DNA of 32,000 nucleotides. Origin: Candidatus Kuenenia stuttgartensis (lineage in GTDB: Bacteria; Planctomycetota; Brocadiia; Brocadiales; Brocadiaceae). Below the pieces are notes generated by a model. The model made no database searches. It saw nothing but the letters and a program-made list of their open reading frames with translations, and had not been told where the DNA came from. How positions within the stretch are numbered: position 1 is the stretch's first letter; each line of letters starts with the position of its first letter. The stretch is taken from NCBI RefSeq assembly GCF_900232105.1, contig NZ_LT934425.1, positions 2,430,001-2,462,000 on the forward strand, in the 5' to 3' direction. Both the position numbers and the translations under genes were made by a program. Below are positions 8,679 to 18,677 of the stretch, one piece after another.

Positions 8679-9469
8679 TTTTTTAAATTAAATCGCATCC
8701 CGTCGCTTGCGGCTATAATGTTGAGTCCTGTTTCCGCTGATAATTGTTCGGCAACCTTGTGGGGGTGAGCCTTGAGCATGGTCATTCCAAAATGATTCAA
8801 TAATGTAGTTTTTGGTTTTAGTGTGGTAACTATTTCTCTGACGTCTCTTATTGTCAGGTGATACAGCCACTTTCTTGTATCGCGGTCAGCGTTATAGCGG
8901 ACAACGTTGATAATCAATGTGTCGCCATTGTAGCACTTCAATAAATCCGGAAAGTAACGGGTATCGACGATGTGTGAAATGGTATATTCAGGGGTAATGA
9001 AATTAATGCCGTATGTTTCACTTGGATGCTGATGTTTAAGTGGTGTTTCAAAGTAGACACCGTCTGACAGTTGATAACGCCCGCCTTCCTTTATGATAAT
9101 TATTTTAGTGATATAGTTTCTTACATAGTGGAAAACAACCGGATCTTCCGTTAATGCATCTTCGGGGGCGTAGAGTGTTCCTCTTTTCTTAAATCCTCCT
9201 TCAGTCATTGCTTCAATCATAACATTCACATCTGCGGCATGATCCAGATGCCTGTGGGAGAGGATAATTGCATCCAGTTGCATCGGGTCCATTTTTGGCC
9301 TGCTTGAAAGGCATCTTACAAGGCATCCAGGACCCGGATCTACCAAAACGTTGAAACCGTGCAATGAATACCAAATGCCCCCTGATGCGCGGAGTTGTTT
9401 CGATACGACAATCCTCGCCCCGGCCGTACCGAGGAATTTTATAAAATCTGTTTGAATGGTCGTTTCCAT
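8675..9469 (-). CDS. MBL-fold metallo-hydrolase
   Basis: ILSHRHLDHAADVN motif (H-x-[RH]-x-D-H), 'DTRYFPD', 'LLNHFG' further metal-ligand-type regions. Confidence 0.88.
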   Translation of the reverse strand: METTIQTDFIKFLGTAGARIVVSKQLRASGGIWYSLHGFNVLVDPGPGCLVRCLSSRPKMDPMQLDAIILSHRHLDHAADVNVMIEAMTEGGFKKRGTLYAPEDALTEDPVVFHYVRNYITKIIIIKEGGRYQLSDGVYFETPLKHQHPSETYGINFITPEYTISHIVDTRYFPDLLKCYNGDTLIINVVRYNADRDTRKWLYHLTIRDVREIVTTLKPKTTLLNHFGMTMLKAHPHKVAEQLSAETGLNIIAASDGMRFNLKK

Positions 9470-9591
9470 AGTATATTTAAGAGAGTTTGTAAAAATATTT
9501 TGTTTCCGATATTTTCATATTATATTATAGGAAGACGTTTTTTGTAGCGTAATGTTGATATATTTTTATTAAATGATAGGAAACGCCTTTT

Positions 9592-11760
9592 TTGTTCATC
9601 AAATCAAATTCAAAACGTACCTCCCTTTTTTCCTGTATTCTTGTCTTAATACCGGTCTTTTCCCTTCTGCTTTATATAAATGCCACTCACGGGAAATTTG
9701 TTTATGATGATTTCAAGGTTATCGTGGACAACGGTTTTATCAAGGACTGGAAGTATTTTCCCGCATTGTTTTCTGCAGATTATTTTATCATTTCAGGGGA
9801 GATGAGTTACCGGCCATTTGTGACCTTTTCTTATTTTGTTGATTATAGCCTCTGGCAGCTCAACCCTTTTGGTTTTCATTTGACAAACGTTTTATTACAT
9901 GCAGTAAATACCACGCTTTTTTATCTTTTCTTCCGCCAGGTGATAAAAAATAAAAAGATACTGTGGCTTTCCACACTTTTTTTTATCACACATCCGATTC
10001 TTACGGAAACAGTAAATGCTATTGGATATCGCGAGGATCTTCTTTCTGCAACATTTATGCTTATCTCTCTCATCTGTTTTGTAAAATCTGACACATTGCT
10101 GTTTGAAAGCAATGGGGAGAAAAGACGTTTTATCATGTATTATTGCCTCTCTCTCCTTACGTATTTTCTTGCGCTTTTTTCAAAAGAAATGGCCATAACC
10201 CTGCCGGCTATTTTATTCTTATTTGTTATCTTTTCAGGCCAAGGCATGCGGCAAGGCATTTTGCGAAGGCTTAAAGGTATTTATATTGGATATTTTGCCG
10301 TTTCACTGTTTTACATCGTGATACGATTTGTAGTATTAAGAAATCCGGCAGTGCAGGCGGAGTATCAGCCTGGGGGATTCTGGCTGAATATTTTTACGAT
10401 GCTTAAGGTGCTGGCATCCTATATCAAGGCGTCTTTCTTTCCGTTTAACCTGAATGCGGACTATGTGGTGCCCCTTGTAAAATCTTCTCTGGAGTGGTCA
10501 GGCATTCTCTCCGTCTTGTTTTTATGTGCCGTTTTTGTCATCCTTGCGAAACTATGCAAAGTGAGGCATTTCTTTGCCTGCTGGATGGCCTGGTTTTTCA
10601 TCACGCTCCTGCCGGTTATGAATATTGTTCCTATCGGAAATATTATGGCGGAAAGATATCTGTATCTTCCCGTTATGGGCTTTTGTGTGGTAAAGGGGAT
10701 ACTTATCTACCGTATTACCGATACAACGCTGTCTTCCCGTGCTATTCCTTTAAGAAAAGTGGTGCAACTGGTCATCATAATTTTTATGGTAGGCAGCAAT
10801 GGCTTTTCTATTATAAGGAAAAACGGAGACTGGCGGGATGAATTTTCATTGTGGACAAAGACCCTGGTAAGGTCTCCGCAAAGCCATCGTGCGCATTGCA
10901 ATCTTGGAAACGTTTATTTGGAAAAGGGGAATATTGAACGGGCCCAAAAGGAATATCAGGCCGCATTGCTCTGCAATGCTGAAGACGCCAGCATACACAG
11001 CAATCTTGGCATAGTATATACGAAACAGGGATTAGAACAAAAGGCAGAGGCAGAATACATAGAGGCAATCCGGCTTGACAGATATTACGCGCAGCCGCAC
11101 AACAATCTAGGCAATATTTATTACAACCGGGGGCAGCTTGATAAGGCAAAGGAGGAATATCTTGAGGCGCTCAGGATAAAACCGGATTATTCGCATGCGC
11201 ACAATGGGCTTGGCAGTGTTTACAATTCAATGGAAAAGCTTGATGAAGCCCTTGAGGAGTTTCGAGAATCCCTTCTGTACGACAGCAAATATATCCTTGC
11301 CATAAATAATGTAGGGGTAAACTATGCAAAGCGGGGGAAGATGCATGATGCTATTGAGTATTTTGAAAAAGCGGTTGCGTTAAACCAAAATCAGCCGCAG
11401 AGTTATTACAATCTTGGCTTTGCTTATGAAAACCTGGAAGAGGGAGAAAGGGCTGTTCAGGCATACCGCAGGGCGGTTCAGTTAGACCCGGACAATTTTA
11501 ATGCCCTCCTTGCGCTGGGCAATCTTTGCTACAGGATGGGTATGGCCGATGATGCGATAAACGTATTTCAACATATGATTGTTCGTTACCCCGGTGAGGT
11601 AAATGCTTATAAAAGGCTTGTATTTTTGTATCTTGTCAATAAGCGGGATGCCGAAAAATCAAAAAGTTATTTACTGGAACTCTTAAAAATAGACCCCGGC
11701 CAGGCCGCGCGGGAGGACATGAAGCAGGTTATCGAGTATTTTAAGCTGTCGGGAGAGTAA
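9592..11760 (+). CDS. TMTC-like multi-pass membrane protein with C-terminal tetratricopeptide repeats (TTG start)
   Basis: N-terminal 'HGKFVYDDFKVIVDN', 'RPFVTFSYFVDYSLW', 'NAVLLHAVNT', 'AERYLYLP' then many TPR units (e.g. AHCNLGNVYLEKGNIERAQKEYQAAL). Confidence 0.88.
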   Translation: MFIKSNSKRTSLFSCILVLIPVFSLLLYINATHGKFVYDDFKVIVDNGFIKDWKYFPALFSADYFIISGEMSYRPFVTFSYFVDYSLWQLNPFGFHLTNVLLHAVNTTLFYLFFRQVIKNKKILWLSTLFFITHPILTETVNAIGYREDLLSATFMLISLICFVKSDTLLFESNGEKRRFIMYYCLSLLTYFLALFSKEMAITLPAILFLFVIFSGQGMRQGILRRLKGIYIGYFAVSLFYIVIRFVVLRNPAVQAEYQPGGFWLNIFTMLKVLASYIKASFFPFNLNADYVVPLVKSSLEWSGILSVLFLCAVFVILAKLCKVRHFFACWMAWFFITLLPVMNIVPIGNIMAERYLYLPVMGFCVVKGILIYRITDTTLSSRAIPLRKVVQLVIIIFMVGSNGFSIIRKNGDWRDEFSLWTKTLVRSPQSHRAHCNLGNVYLEKGNIERAQKEYQAALLCNAEDASIHSNLGIVYTKQGLEQKAEAEYIEAIRLDRYYAQPHNNLGNIYYNRGQLDKAKEEYLEALRIKPDYSHAHNGLGSVYNSMEKLDEALEEFRESLLYDSKYILAINNVGVNYAKRGKMHDAIEYFEKAVALNQNQPQSYYNLGFAYENLEEGERAVQAYRRAVQLDPDNFNALLALGNLCYRMGMADDAINVFQHMIVRYPGEVNAYKRLVFLYLVNKRDAEKSKSYLLELLKIDPGQAAREDMKQVIEYFKLSGE

Positions 11761-11851
11761 GCGTGCAGTCCGGCAATCGGCAAATTGCAGATTGTAGACT
11801 GCTGATTGCCGACTGGAAACTGTAGACTGTGAATGGGTTGGAAAGTAAAAG

Positions 11852-11925
<74 letters not shown>

Positions 11926-12194
11926 CTTTATTGATGTTTGGAATTATACCACAAATTACTACCATTTCAATTTCAAATTTATAGTCAAACAAATCGTAAC
12001 TATTCAGCGTAAACATTACACGACTCCTGGCGGGTTCAGGTTTGTAACCTGAACCTATGAGTTTATGCGTATAATGGGGCCATGTACTGTGGTAAAATGC
12101 CAATTCCCAAATCACAAAATCCCTGTTTGGAATCTGGAATTTATTTGTCATTTGTTCTGCTAATAGAAGGCTGGATTGAAAGTATAAAACGTTT

Positions 12195-12504
12195 GGTTAA
12201 GGTTACAAACCAATGTCATTAAGTTAAGCAACCTGCCTGAAGAGCCTAAAAAACAATGTAGCCCCTTTAGGGGCGGTCTGTTTGTAGCGCAATAAAATTC
12301 AACAGGTAAATAGCTCCATAGGAGCGGCCTGTATATGATTGACAGGAAGACAGGCCGCTCCTGACGGAGCTAATATCTGTTATGGTATCCTATCTACTAC
12401 TACAAACAGGTTGCTCCTACGGAGCTTATCGGTAATACGTTTTTTTTAAACCAAAGTGTTACAATAATTCTTAACTTAATGACATTGGGTTACAAACCTT
12501 AACC
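12195..12504. repeat. Copy A: degenerate copy of the ~0.3 kb dispersed element (core about 12252-12462) enclosed by another inverted repeat
   Basis: Outer arms 12195-12228 and 12470-12504 share inverted aatgtcattaagttaag / cttaacttaatgacatt; core matches copies at 16705 and 27996 (tagcccc...aggggcggtctgtttgtagc, atagctcc..aggagcggcctgt, aggttgctcctacggagctta). Confidence 0.8.
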
Positions 12505-12796
12505 CGCGAATGTAGTTTCCCTTGCCATTACGTTCCCAAACAGATACTTCACTATGTTCAGTACAAGGTTTGAGAACGAGTTGTGCTTCGATAGTTTAAT
12601 AGATTACGCTGAATAGTTACAACAAATCATGGTATTAGAAAGATGAATAATTAAGTATTATTGTGGTGGATTCGGTGCAAAAAAGCCGCATCTTAATCCA
12701 CCCTGGATGTTTGAAGCACCAAGAATGGAACAAGGAAAAGATGCTTGTATAAAATAATTGCTTACTGGTATAATCTCAAAGTTTTACAGTGGAAAA

Positions 12797-12929
12797 GTAA
12801 CTTCTCAATAAGTTGAGGCAAAGAACTCTCTTACAGTCGGCAATCTGCAATCTACGATCGGCAAACTGCAGATTGCAGACTGTGGAAGGTAGAAATTATT
12901 ATAAAAACCTCAACTTATTGAGAAGTTAC
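12797..12929. repeat. Inverted-repeat-bounded 133-bp non-coding element
   Basis: gtaacttctcaataagttgagg (12797-12818) is the perfect reverse complement of cctcaacttattgagaagttac (12908-12929), with a nested imperfect palindrome built on ctgcaatct/agattgcag. Confidence 0.8.
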
Positions 12930-12991
12930 CGTGAAAACAATTACGCCCTGGCAATGTTTTTGTAAATAGGTATTGTTAACTATATTAGGAA

Positions 12992-13933
12992 ATGAGCGAA
13001 ACCATGAAATCTGGAAGCAATCTGGAGAAATTACTTCGTGACGGAAAATTTGCAGTAACAGCGGAACTCGGCCCTCCAAGGGGTGCGGACAGAACGGTAA
13101 TTGAAAAAAAAGCGGTGATGCTGAAGGGATATGGCGATGCCTTTAACATTACCGATTGCCAAACCGCCGTGGTAAGGATGTCAAGCATCGCTGCAGGCAG
13201 AATTGTGCTTGATTCGGGTGTGGAACCCATTGTTCAGATGACATGCCGGGATAGAAACCGTATTGCCATACAGAGCGATCTTTTGGGCGCTGCGGCTTTG
13301 GGGGCAAAAAACGTGCTTTGCCTCACGGGAGACCATCAGAAATTTGGCGACCATCCGATGGCAAAAGGCGTATTTGACATTGATTCCATTCAACTTATTC
13401 AAATCGTAAAAGCACTTAGGGACGAAAGGTTATCCCAGTGCGGACAGGAATTGAAGGCGGGGAGTCCCGCGTTTTTTATTGGTGCAGCGGAGAACCCATT
13501 TGCAGACCCTTTTAAATATCGTGCGGCGAGACTTGGTAAAAAAATTAAGGCAGGTGCGGATTTTATTCAGACTCAAATTATCTACAACGTAAACAAATTT
13601 AAAGAATGGATGAAAATGGTTACTGATATGGGACTTCACGAAAAGACCTATATACTTGCCGGTGTAGCGCCCCTCAAATCAAAGGGCATGGCAAAGCATA
13701 TGAAATATAACGTACCCGGCATGGATGTGCCTGATGAAGTTATGGAGCGCATGGACGCTGCTGCTGAAGCGAAAAGAGGGAAAGAAGAAGGGATAAAGAT
13801 TTGTCTGGAAGTAATTGAGCAGGTGAGAGAGATAAAAGGCGTTGCAGGTATTCATATTATGGCCGTTGAGTGGGAAGAAGCGGTGCCTGAAATTGTAAGG
13901 CAGGCAGGATTGTATCCGAGGCCTTCAGTATAA
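12992..13933 (+). CDS. metF: Methylenetetrahydrofolate reductase
   Basis: VTAELGPPRGAD, NITDCQTAVVRMSS, CLTGDHQKFGDHPMAKGVFDID, GADFIQTQIIYN typical of MTHFR. Confidence 0.92.
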   Translation: MSETMKSGSNLEKLLRDGKFAVTAELGPPRGADRTVIEKKAVMLKGYGDAFNITDCQTAVVRMSSIAAGRIVLDSGVEPIVQMTCRDRNRIAIQSDLLGAAALGAKNVLCLTGDHQKFGDHPMAKGVFDIDSIQLIQIVKALRDERLSQCGQELKAGSPAFFIGAAENPFADPFKYRAARLGKKIKAGADFIQTQIIYNVNKFKEWMKMVTDMGLHEKTYILAGVAPLKSKGMAKHMKYNVPGMDVPDEVMERMDAAAEAKRGKEEGIKICLEVIEQVREIKGVAGIHIMAVEWEEAVPEIVRQAGLYPRPSV

Positions 13934-14511
13934 ACACACGCTGTCAAGCAAGAGTACATCCGATGTTTAACAACCTTCTCAAACATAGAAACAATCAGGA
14001 TGTTTAAGCCGTGCTTGACGGAAAGGCGTTTTTTTATTAAATAGCAATCTTCCCACTCTTTCCGTAATTCATCCGCCTTCGTACGATCAATCGCGAGGGC
14101 GCCTACATCATACATAACTCCCGTTATATCAGAACACTCGATGACCCTTCGTACCTCTGCATAAATTTGCTTTTGTGTTCTCTTGTACAAAAGATTGTCA
14201 TCCACGTTGTTTGTTTTCTTTGCTGTGTAATACACCGTTCTCTGTATGTCTGTGCCGTCTTGTGCCTGTTGGATTTTATATGACAAATAAAAGGTGATTA
14301 TTAGTATTGTAGAAGGGATAAAGGGTCTTTTGGAGGTAAAATGTATTCCATGTTTAGAAATGTCTTTTATGAGAATGGGGACCTCTTCATGCATAAAATC
14401 GATTTGATCCCTTCTTACTGCAGAACAGAAACCTTCCGTGTCTAAAACAAACCTCTCCTCTGTGCGCTTCTGTCTGGCGTTTGTTCCTTCTTCAGGTTGG
14501 AAGAAGATCAC
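13852..14511 (-). CDS. Possible PilZ-like protein (3' end overlaps metF antisense)
   Basis: 'VPILIKDISKHGIHFTSKRPFIPSTILIITFYL ... YAEVRRVIECSDITGVMYDVGALAIDR' resembles a PilZ pattern. Confidence 0.45.
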   Translation of the reverse strand: MIFFQPEEGTNARQKRTEERFVLDTEGFCSAVRRDQIDFMHEEVPILIKDISKHGIHFTSKRPFIPSTILIITFYLSYKIQQAQDGTDIQRTVYYTAKKTNNVDDNLLYKRTQKQIYAEVRRVIECSDITGVMYDVGALAIDRTKADELRKEWEDCYLIKKRLSVKHGLNILIVSMFEKVVKHRMYSCLTACVYTEGLGYNPACLTISGTASSHSTAII

Positions 14512-14846
14512 AGGGTTTTCATCGTCCTCAAAAGATCCTTGTTTTGTTTCCGGCGCCTTCCTTTTAAGCCCTTTTTGCCTCTTTTTTTCTTCCTGAATTA
14601 ATCTGGCGATTATGCTTTTCGCCTCTTGAAGCTCTTACATGGATAATTCCGAAAGAGTTTCTTTCCATGATTTTTGCATACTGTATGCCGCCGTAAAAAA
14701 AAGGAGATAATAGTTTCAATGCATTTTTGAAGGATAAGGTGAATGATAAAAAGATGATTTGTTCGCTCAAATCTATTTTTATGCGATGGTCGGCAATGAT
14801 TCAACAAATGTGTAGCTTGTGTATTACAGAAGACATTGTTGCGCTT

Positions 14847-15350
14847 CTATGCCGCGCACTCTTTCAAAAGAATCATTTGTTTTGCCAGTAAATGAAGGTG
14901 GGTTTTTTCTTCGTTTAATAATTGTTCAAAGGCTTTCCGTCCGTCATCGTTTTTTGTATGCTGTATTGCTTCGCGGTAGTAGAGGATTGCATCCTTCTCT
15001 GCTTGTATGCCGATTTTTAAAGCGTCAACATCGCTTTTTATCTGCAAGGCAAGTTCTTTTGCCGAGTCTTTCCTGGTAAAGACACCTGTATCCACAAGGT
15101 GCTTCAAATATTCATCTGCCGTGTAATCCTCGCCGGCGTATATTTGTTCCTGTGGCGAAGGCAAAGAATCATAAATCCTCTGGAAGGTATCCATATGATC
15201 TTCTTCGTCCTGCGCGAGCTTTGCAAAGATTTCTTTTACCCTTGAGTCTTTTGCGTTTTCTGCCAGGGTAGTATAAAAAACCTTGCCTTCTTTTTCCATG
15301 TTTATTGCGATTCGAAGGACTTCATGGTCATTAAAGTTTTCGAACTCCAT
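14847..15350 (-). CDS. Ferritin-like / rubrerythrin-type diiron protein
   Basis: Repeated E..E..H motifs: 'MEKEGKVFYTTLAENA...LAQDEEDHMDTF' and 'AEKDAILYYREAIQ...LLNEEKTHLHLL'; no C-terminal rubredoxin domain. Confidence 0.88.
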   Translation of the reverse strand: MEFENFNDHEVLRIAINMEKEGKVFYTTLAENAKDSRVKEIFAKLAQDEEDHMDTFQRIYDSLPSPQEQIYAGEDYTADEYLKHLVDTGVFTRKDSAKELALQIKSDVDALKIGIQAEKDAILYYREAIQHTKNDDGRKAFEQLLNEEKTHLHLLAKQMILLKECAA

Positions 15351-15383
15351 TGTAATAACACCTTTCTTTTGTAGTTATAAAAG

Positions 15384-16643
15384 TTACGGATACAATCCCC
15401 TCACGGTAAAAACGTCAGCGACTTTTTTAATTGCCAGCATCATGGCAGAGGTGCGTAGGGAATATTTGTTTTTTTGTGCGAAAGCATAAACGTCATTAAA
15501 TGATCTTTCAAGAAGTATTTTAAGTTTGGCGTTTACCTCGTTTTTGCACCAGAAATAACATTGCGCATCCTGCACCCACTCGAAATAGGAAACAATCACA
15601 CCCCCCGCATTTGCAAGGATGTCCGGTACGATCTTTATTTTCCTGCCGGAGAGTATTTCGTCCGCCTCCGGGGTTGTAGGGCCATTTGCACCCTCTACGA
15701 TCAGTTTTGCCTTTATTTTACCGGCATTCTTCTTTGTGATCTGGCCTCCCATTGCTGCGGGAATCAGCACGTCACAGGGTAGTTCCAGTAATTCAGCGTT
15801 CGTAATATTTTCTGCAAGGGGAAAATACCGGAATCCTCCGGTTTTTCTGTAATGTTCTATAATAGCGTTATGAGACAACCCCCCCGGGTTGTATATTCCA
15901 CCGGTTGAACTGCTGACAGCTACTATCTTACACCCCATTTCTTCTAAAAATTTTCCCGCGGCAGACCCGACATTGCCATATCCCTGTATGACTACGTTGA
16001 GGCCCTTTAGTGTTTTTTTGTTTTGACGCACCGCGCTTGCGGCAATATAGGCAACGCCAAGCCCCGTTGCATCTGCCCTGCCCAGAGAGCCCCCAATATT
16101 CAATGGTTTCCCCGTGACGATGCCGGGGGAACAAAAGCCTTTATTCATGCTGTAGGTGTCCATGATCCATGCCATGATTTGCTCGTTTGTATTGACGTCC
16201 GGCGCGGGAATATCGATGTCTGGCCCGATGATTGGCTGAATAGCATACGTATAGCGCCGGGTAATTCTTTCAAGTTCGCCGCGTGAGAGTTTTTTGGGGT
16301 CGCAAACGACGCCTCCTTTTGCTCCGCCAAAAGGAATATCCACTAGGGAACACTTCCATGTCATTTCCATTGCCAGTGCCTTTAAGTCGTCCAAAGTAAG
16401 GTCCGGATGATACCGTATGCCTCCCTTATAAGGCCCTTTGGCAGAACAATGCTGAACCCGGAATCCTTCAAACGAAGCTGTTGATCCGTTATCCATCCGA
16501 ACTGGAACAGACACGGTAAGGATTCGGGAAAAATGTTTCAATATCTGATGAATATCCTCCGGGAGGTTCATCCGCTTCGAGACATTATTGAATTGTGTTA
16601 GCGCCGTTTGCCACGGGCTATTCTCTTCCATCTTTTCCGGCAT
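15384..16643 (-). CDS. gdhA: Glu/Leu/Phe/Val dehydrogenase (glutamate dehydrogenase)
   Basis: GGIRYHPDLTLDDLKALAMEMTWKCSLVDIPFGGAKGGV, PAPDVNTN, VIQGYGNVGSAAGKF, EGANGPTTPEAD. Confidence 0.93.
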   Translation of the reverse strand: MPEKMEENSPWQTALTQFNNVSKRMNLPEDIHQILKHFSRILTVSVPVRMDNGSTASFEGFRVQHCSAKGPYKGGIRYHPDLTLDDLKALAMEMTWKCSLVDIPFGGAKGGVVCDPKKLSRGELERITRRYTYAIQPIIGPDIDIPAPDVNTNEQIMAWIMDTYSMNKGFCSPGIVTGKPLNIGGSLGRADATGLGVAYIAASAVRQNKKTLKGLNVVIQGYGNVGSAAGKFLEEMGCKIVAVSSSTGGIYNPGGLSHNAIIEHYRKTGGFRYFPLAENITNAELLELPCDVLIPAAMGGQITKKNAGKIKAKLIVEGANGPTTPEADEILSGRKIKIVPDILANAGGVIVSYFEWVQDAQCYFWCKNEVNAKLKILLERSFNDVYAFAQKNKYSLRTSAMMLAIKKVADVFTVRGLYP

Positions 16644-16704
16644 TTTAGAATATCTTTATTAAGGGATTTGGAATTTTCCAGTAATTTCAAAAAACTAAAG
16701 TGTG

Positions 16705-17007
16705 GTAACATTTTAGCTTTTTGGAAAATTCACGGGATAGAAAAAATACCATGTAGCCCCGTTAGGGGCGGTCTGTTTGTAGTAGCACAATAAAATTCAA
16801 TAGAGTAAATAGCTCCGTAGGAGCGGCCTGTCTGTATTCAGGTAGACCTGTTTATATGGATTTACAAGAGACAGGTCGCTCCTAATTGTAGTAGAGACAG
16901 GTTTCAAACCTGTCTCTACGATCTGTTACAATATCCTATTTTGATACAAACAGGCTGCTCCTGCGGAGCTTATAGGTAATACATTTTTCAAAAAACTAAA
17001 GTGTTAC
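16705..17007. repeat. Copy B of the ~0.3 kb TIR-bounded dispersed element
   Basis: Left end gtaacattttagctttttggaaaatt; right end atttttcaaaaaactaaagtgttac (16983-17007); flanked by 8-bp direct repeat aaagtgtg (16697-16704, 17008-17015). Confidence 0.85.
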
Positions 17008-17088
17008 AAAGTGTGACGAAATTTCTTTGCACACTTCCATTCGTCAGTGCATGCTTTCTGGCAAAATATTTAATGGTGAAATCCGAAA

Positions 17089-17180
17089 ATGCTAAATTTC
17101 AATCCTAATCCTCCCCCATGCCCCTTTCCAATGGGAGAAAATGTCCCCCGCTGGCGGGGGTGCAGGGGGTGGATTCGTAT
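17089..17180. repeat. Dispersed GC-rich sequence (ctaaatttcaatcctaatcctccccc...)
   Basis: Reverse complement of the right end of the element at 22656-22792; includes cccccgctggcggggg. Confidence 0.55.
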
Positions 17181-17203
17181 TTCGTATTTCACAATTAAAG
17201 TTA

Positions 17204-17728
17204 CTAAGAATATTGTTTCCTCTGTGCCGCCGCTGTCCATTTCTCAACCAGGGTATTTTCCGTGTTATAAATATTCATTGCAACAAGAGGCGGGAAATAG
17301 ACAGTAATAACAACTAATCCATCATCATGAACATTTGATACACGATGAATTGTCGAAAGATCAATGCAGGACACTTCATTTGCCGAAACCGAATTCTTTG
17401 CAAACGGTGCGATCATACCCGATGATTGCTGTTTTTCAAATAATTCTTCCGTCATAGTCCCTTTGTAAACAAAGGCAATCCCAACAGAACCTCCGTGGTC
17501 ATGAATTGAGGTGTATTGTCCCGGCTTAAAACACAATGCAATTAACTCACATGTGGCACTGGCATTAATAACATTTCGTTGATACCCCGTGCCGGAGAAA
17601 CGTGTATATTCCTCAATAGACAATTGTTCCTGGTGCAATCCCCCGAAACTATTTCTTAATTCCTCTTCGGAAGGTATTCCCTGCAATGATTCAAAACGGG
17701 CAATGTATTTTTTTAAGGAAGCGTTCAT
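17204..17728 (-). CDS. Cysteine dioxygenase-type cupin protein
   Basis: GQYTSIHDHGGSVGIAFVYKGTMTEELFE, HRVSNVHDDGLVVITVYFPPL match the cupin motifs of thiol dioxygenases. Confidence 0.85.
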   Translation of the reverse strand: MNASLKKYIARFESLQGIPSEEELRNSFGGLHQEQLSIEEYTRFSGTGYQRNVINASATCELIALCFKPGQYTSIHDHGGSVGIAFVYKGTMTEELFEKQQSSGMIAPFAKNSVSANEVSCIDLSTIHRVSNVHDDGLVVITVYFPPLVAMNIYNTENTLVEKWTAAAQRKQYS

Positions 17729-17858
17729 GGTTAAAAATCCATTGGTAGATTTGGAAACGTTAGCAATTCAAGTTCATACTCATATTTTATCTGACAAAAA
17801 CTAATTTCAAGTCCCTTAGCGGTTCAACCCTTCTAAATTGCGGCTTTGCAGCGCCGGG

Positions 17859-18629
17859 TTATTGTACAGAAAACCCGCCATCTACGAATATAACCTGTCC
17901 GGTTATATAGTCAGACGCCTTAGAGGCAAGGAAGACAACAGTTCCGGAGAGATCGGAGGGTTGTCCAATCCGCTGTAAGGGGATTTTTGAAATAATCGCC
18001 TGCTTTATTTTTTCGTCTTTCAGCATTTCCCTGGTAGTTTCAGTTTCCATCGAATAGGGGGCGATTGAGTTGACATTTATGTTGTATTTTGCCCATTCAA
18101 TTGCCAGGGCCTTTGTGAGTTGTATTACCCCTCCCTTACCGGAACAATATGCTGAAGACCGGTTTGCACCAAATATTCCAAGGGCGGAACTCATGGTGAT
18201 TATTTTGCCGCATTTTTTGTCGAGCATGTGCTTGCCTACCGTTTTTACACATAAATAGGTGCTTGTAAGATTTATTTCGATCATTTTATGCCAATCGTCT
18301 AAGGAAATATCCTGTATTGAACCGCCAATGAAGGCGCCGACATTGCTCACAAGGATGTCGATAGTTTTGAATTTTGACAAAACCATTTCAACCATTTTTG
18401 TCACATCTTCCGGCTTTGTTACGTCAGCGGCAATAGGAAGTGATTTTACCCCGTTTCCCTCTATTTCCTGCGCCGTTTCTTCCACATCTGAAAAAGTACG
18501 GCTTGCCACCGCCACATGTGCGCCCGATTCTGACAGGGCTAACGCCATTGATTTTCCAAGCCCTTTTCCTGCGCCTGTCACCAGGGCGACTTTATCATGC
18601 AAATTAAATAGTTCTACACACATACACAC
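17859..18629 (-). CDS. Short-chain dehydrogenase/reductase (FabG-like)
   Basis: KVALVTGAGKGLGKSMA, NVG, SSALG, YCSGKGG (YxxxK), TGQVIFVDGGFSV. Confidence 0.92.
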   Translation of the reverse strand: MCMCVELFNLHDKVALVTGAGKGLGKSMALALSESGAHVAVASRTFSDVEETAQEIEGNGVKSLPIAADVTKPEDVTKMVEMVLSKFKTIDILVSNVGAFIGGSIQDISLDDWHKMIEINLTSTYLCVKTVGKHMLDKKCGKIITMSSALGIFGANRSSAYCSGKGGVIQLTKALAIEWAKYNINVNSIAPYSMETETTREMLKDEKIKQAIISKIPLQRIGQPSDLSGTVVFLASKASDYITGQVIFVDGGFSVQ

Positions 18630-18677
18630 CGCCTATATCTGTATACGAAAAAAAGAAATAAAACAAGGTGTTTTCTC

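Noticed and set aside
12195-12504. CRISPR array
   Set aside because: The repeated palindromic units here and at 16705 and 27996 are inverted and not regularly spaced direct repeats; no cas genes.
14564-14807. Overlapping short minus-strand ORFs between the PilZ-like ORF and the ferritin-like gene
   Set aside because: Two alternative frames of similar length and low-complexity basic translations; neither supported.
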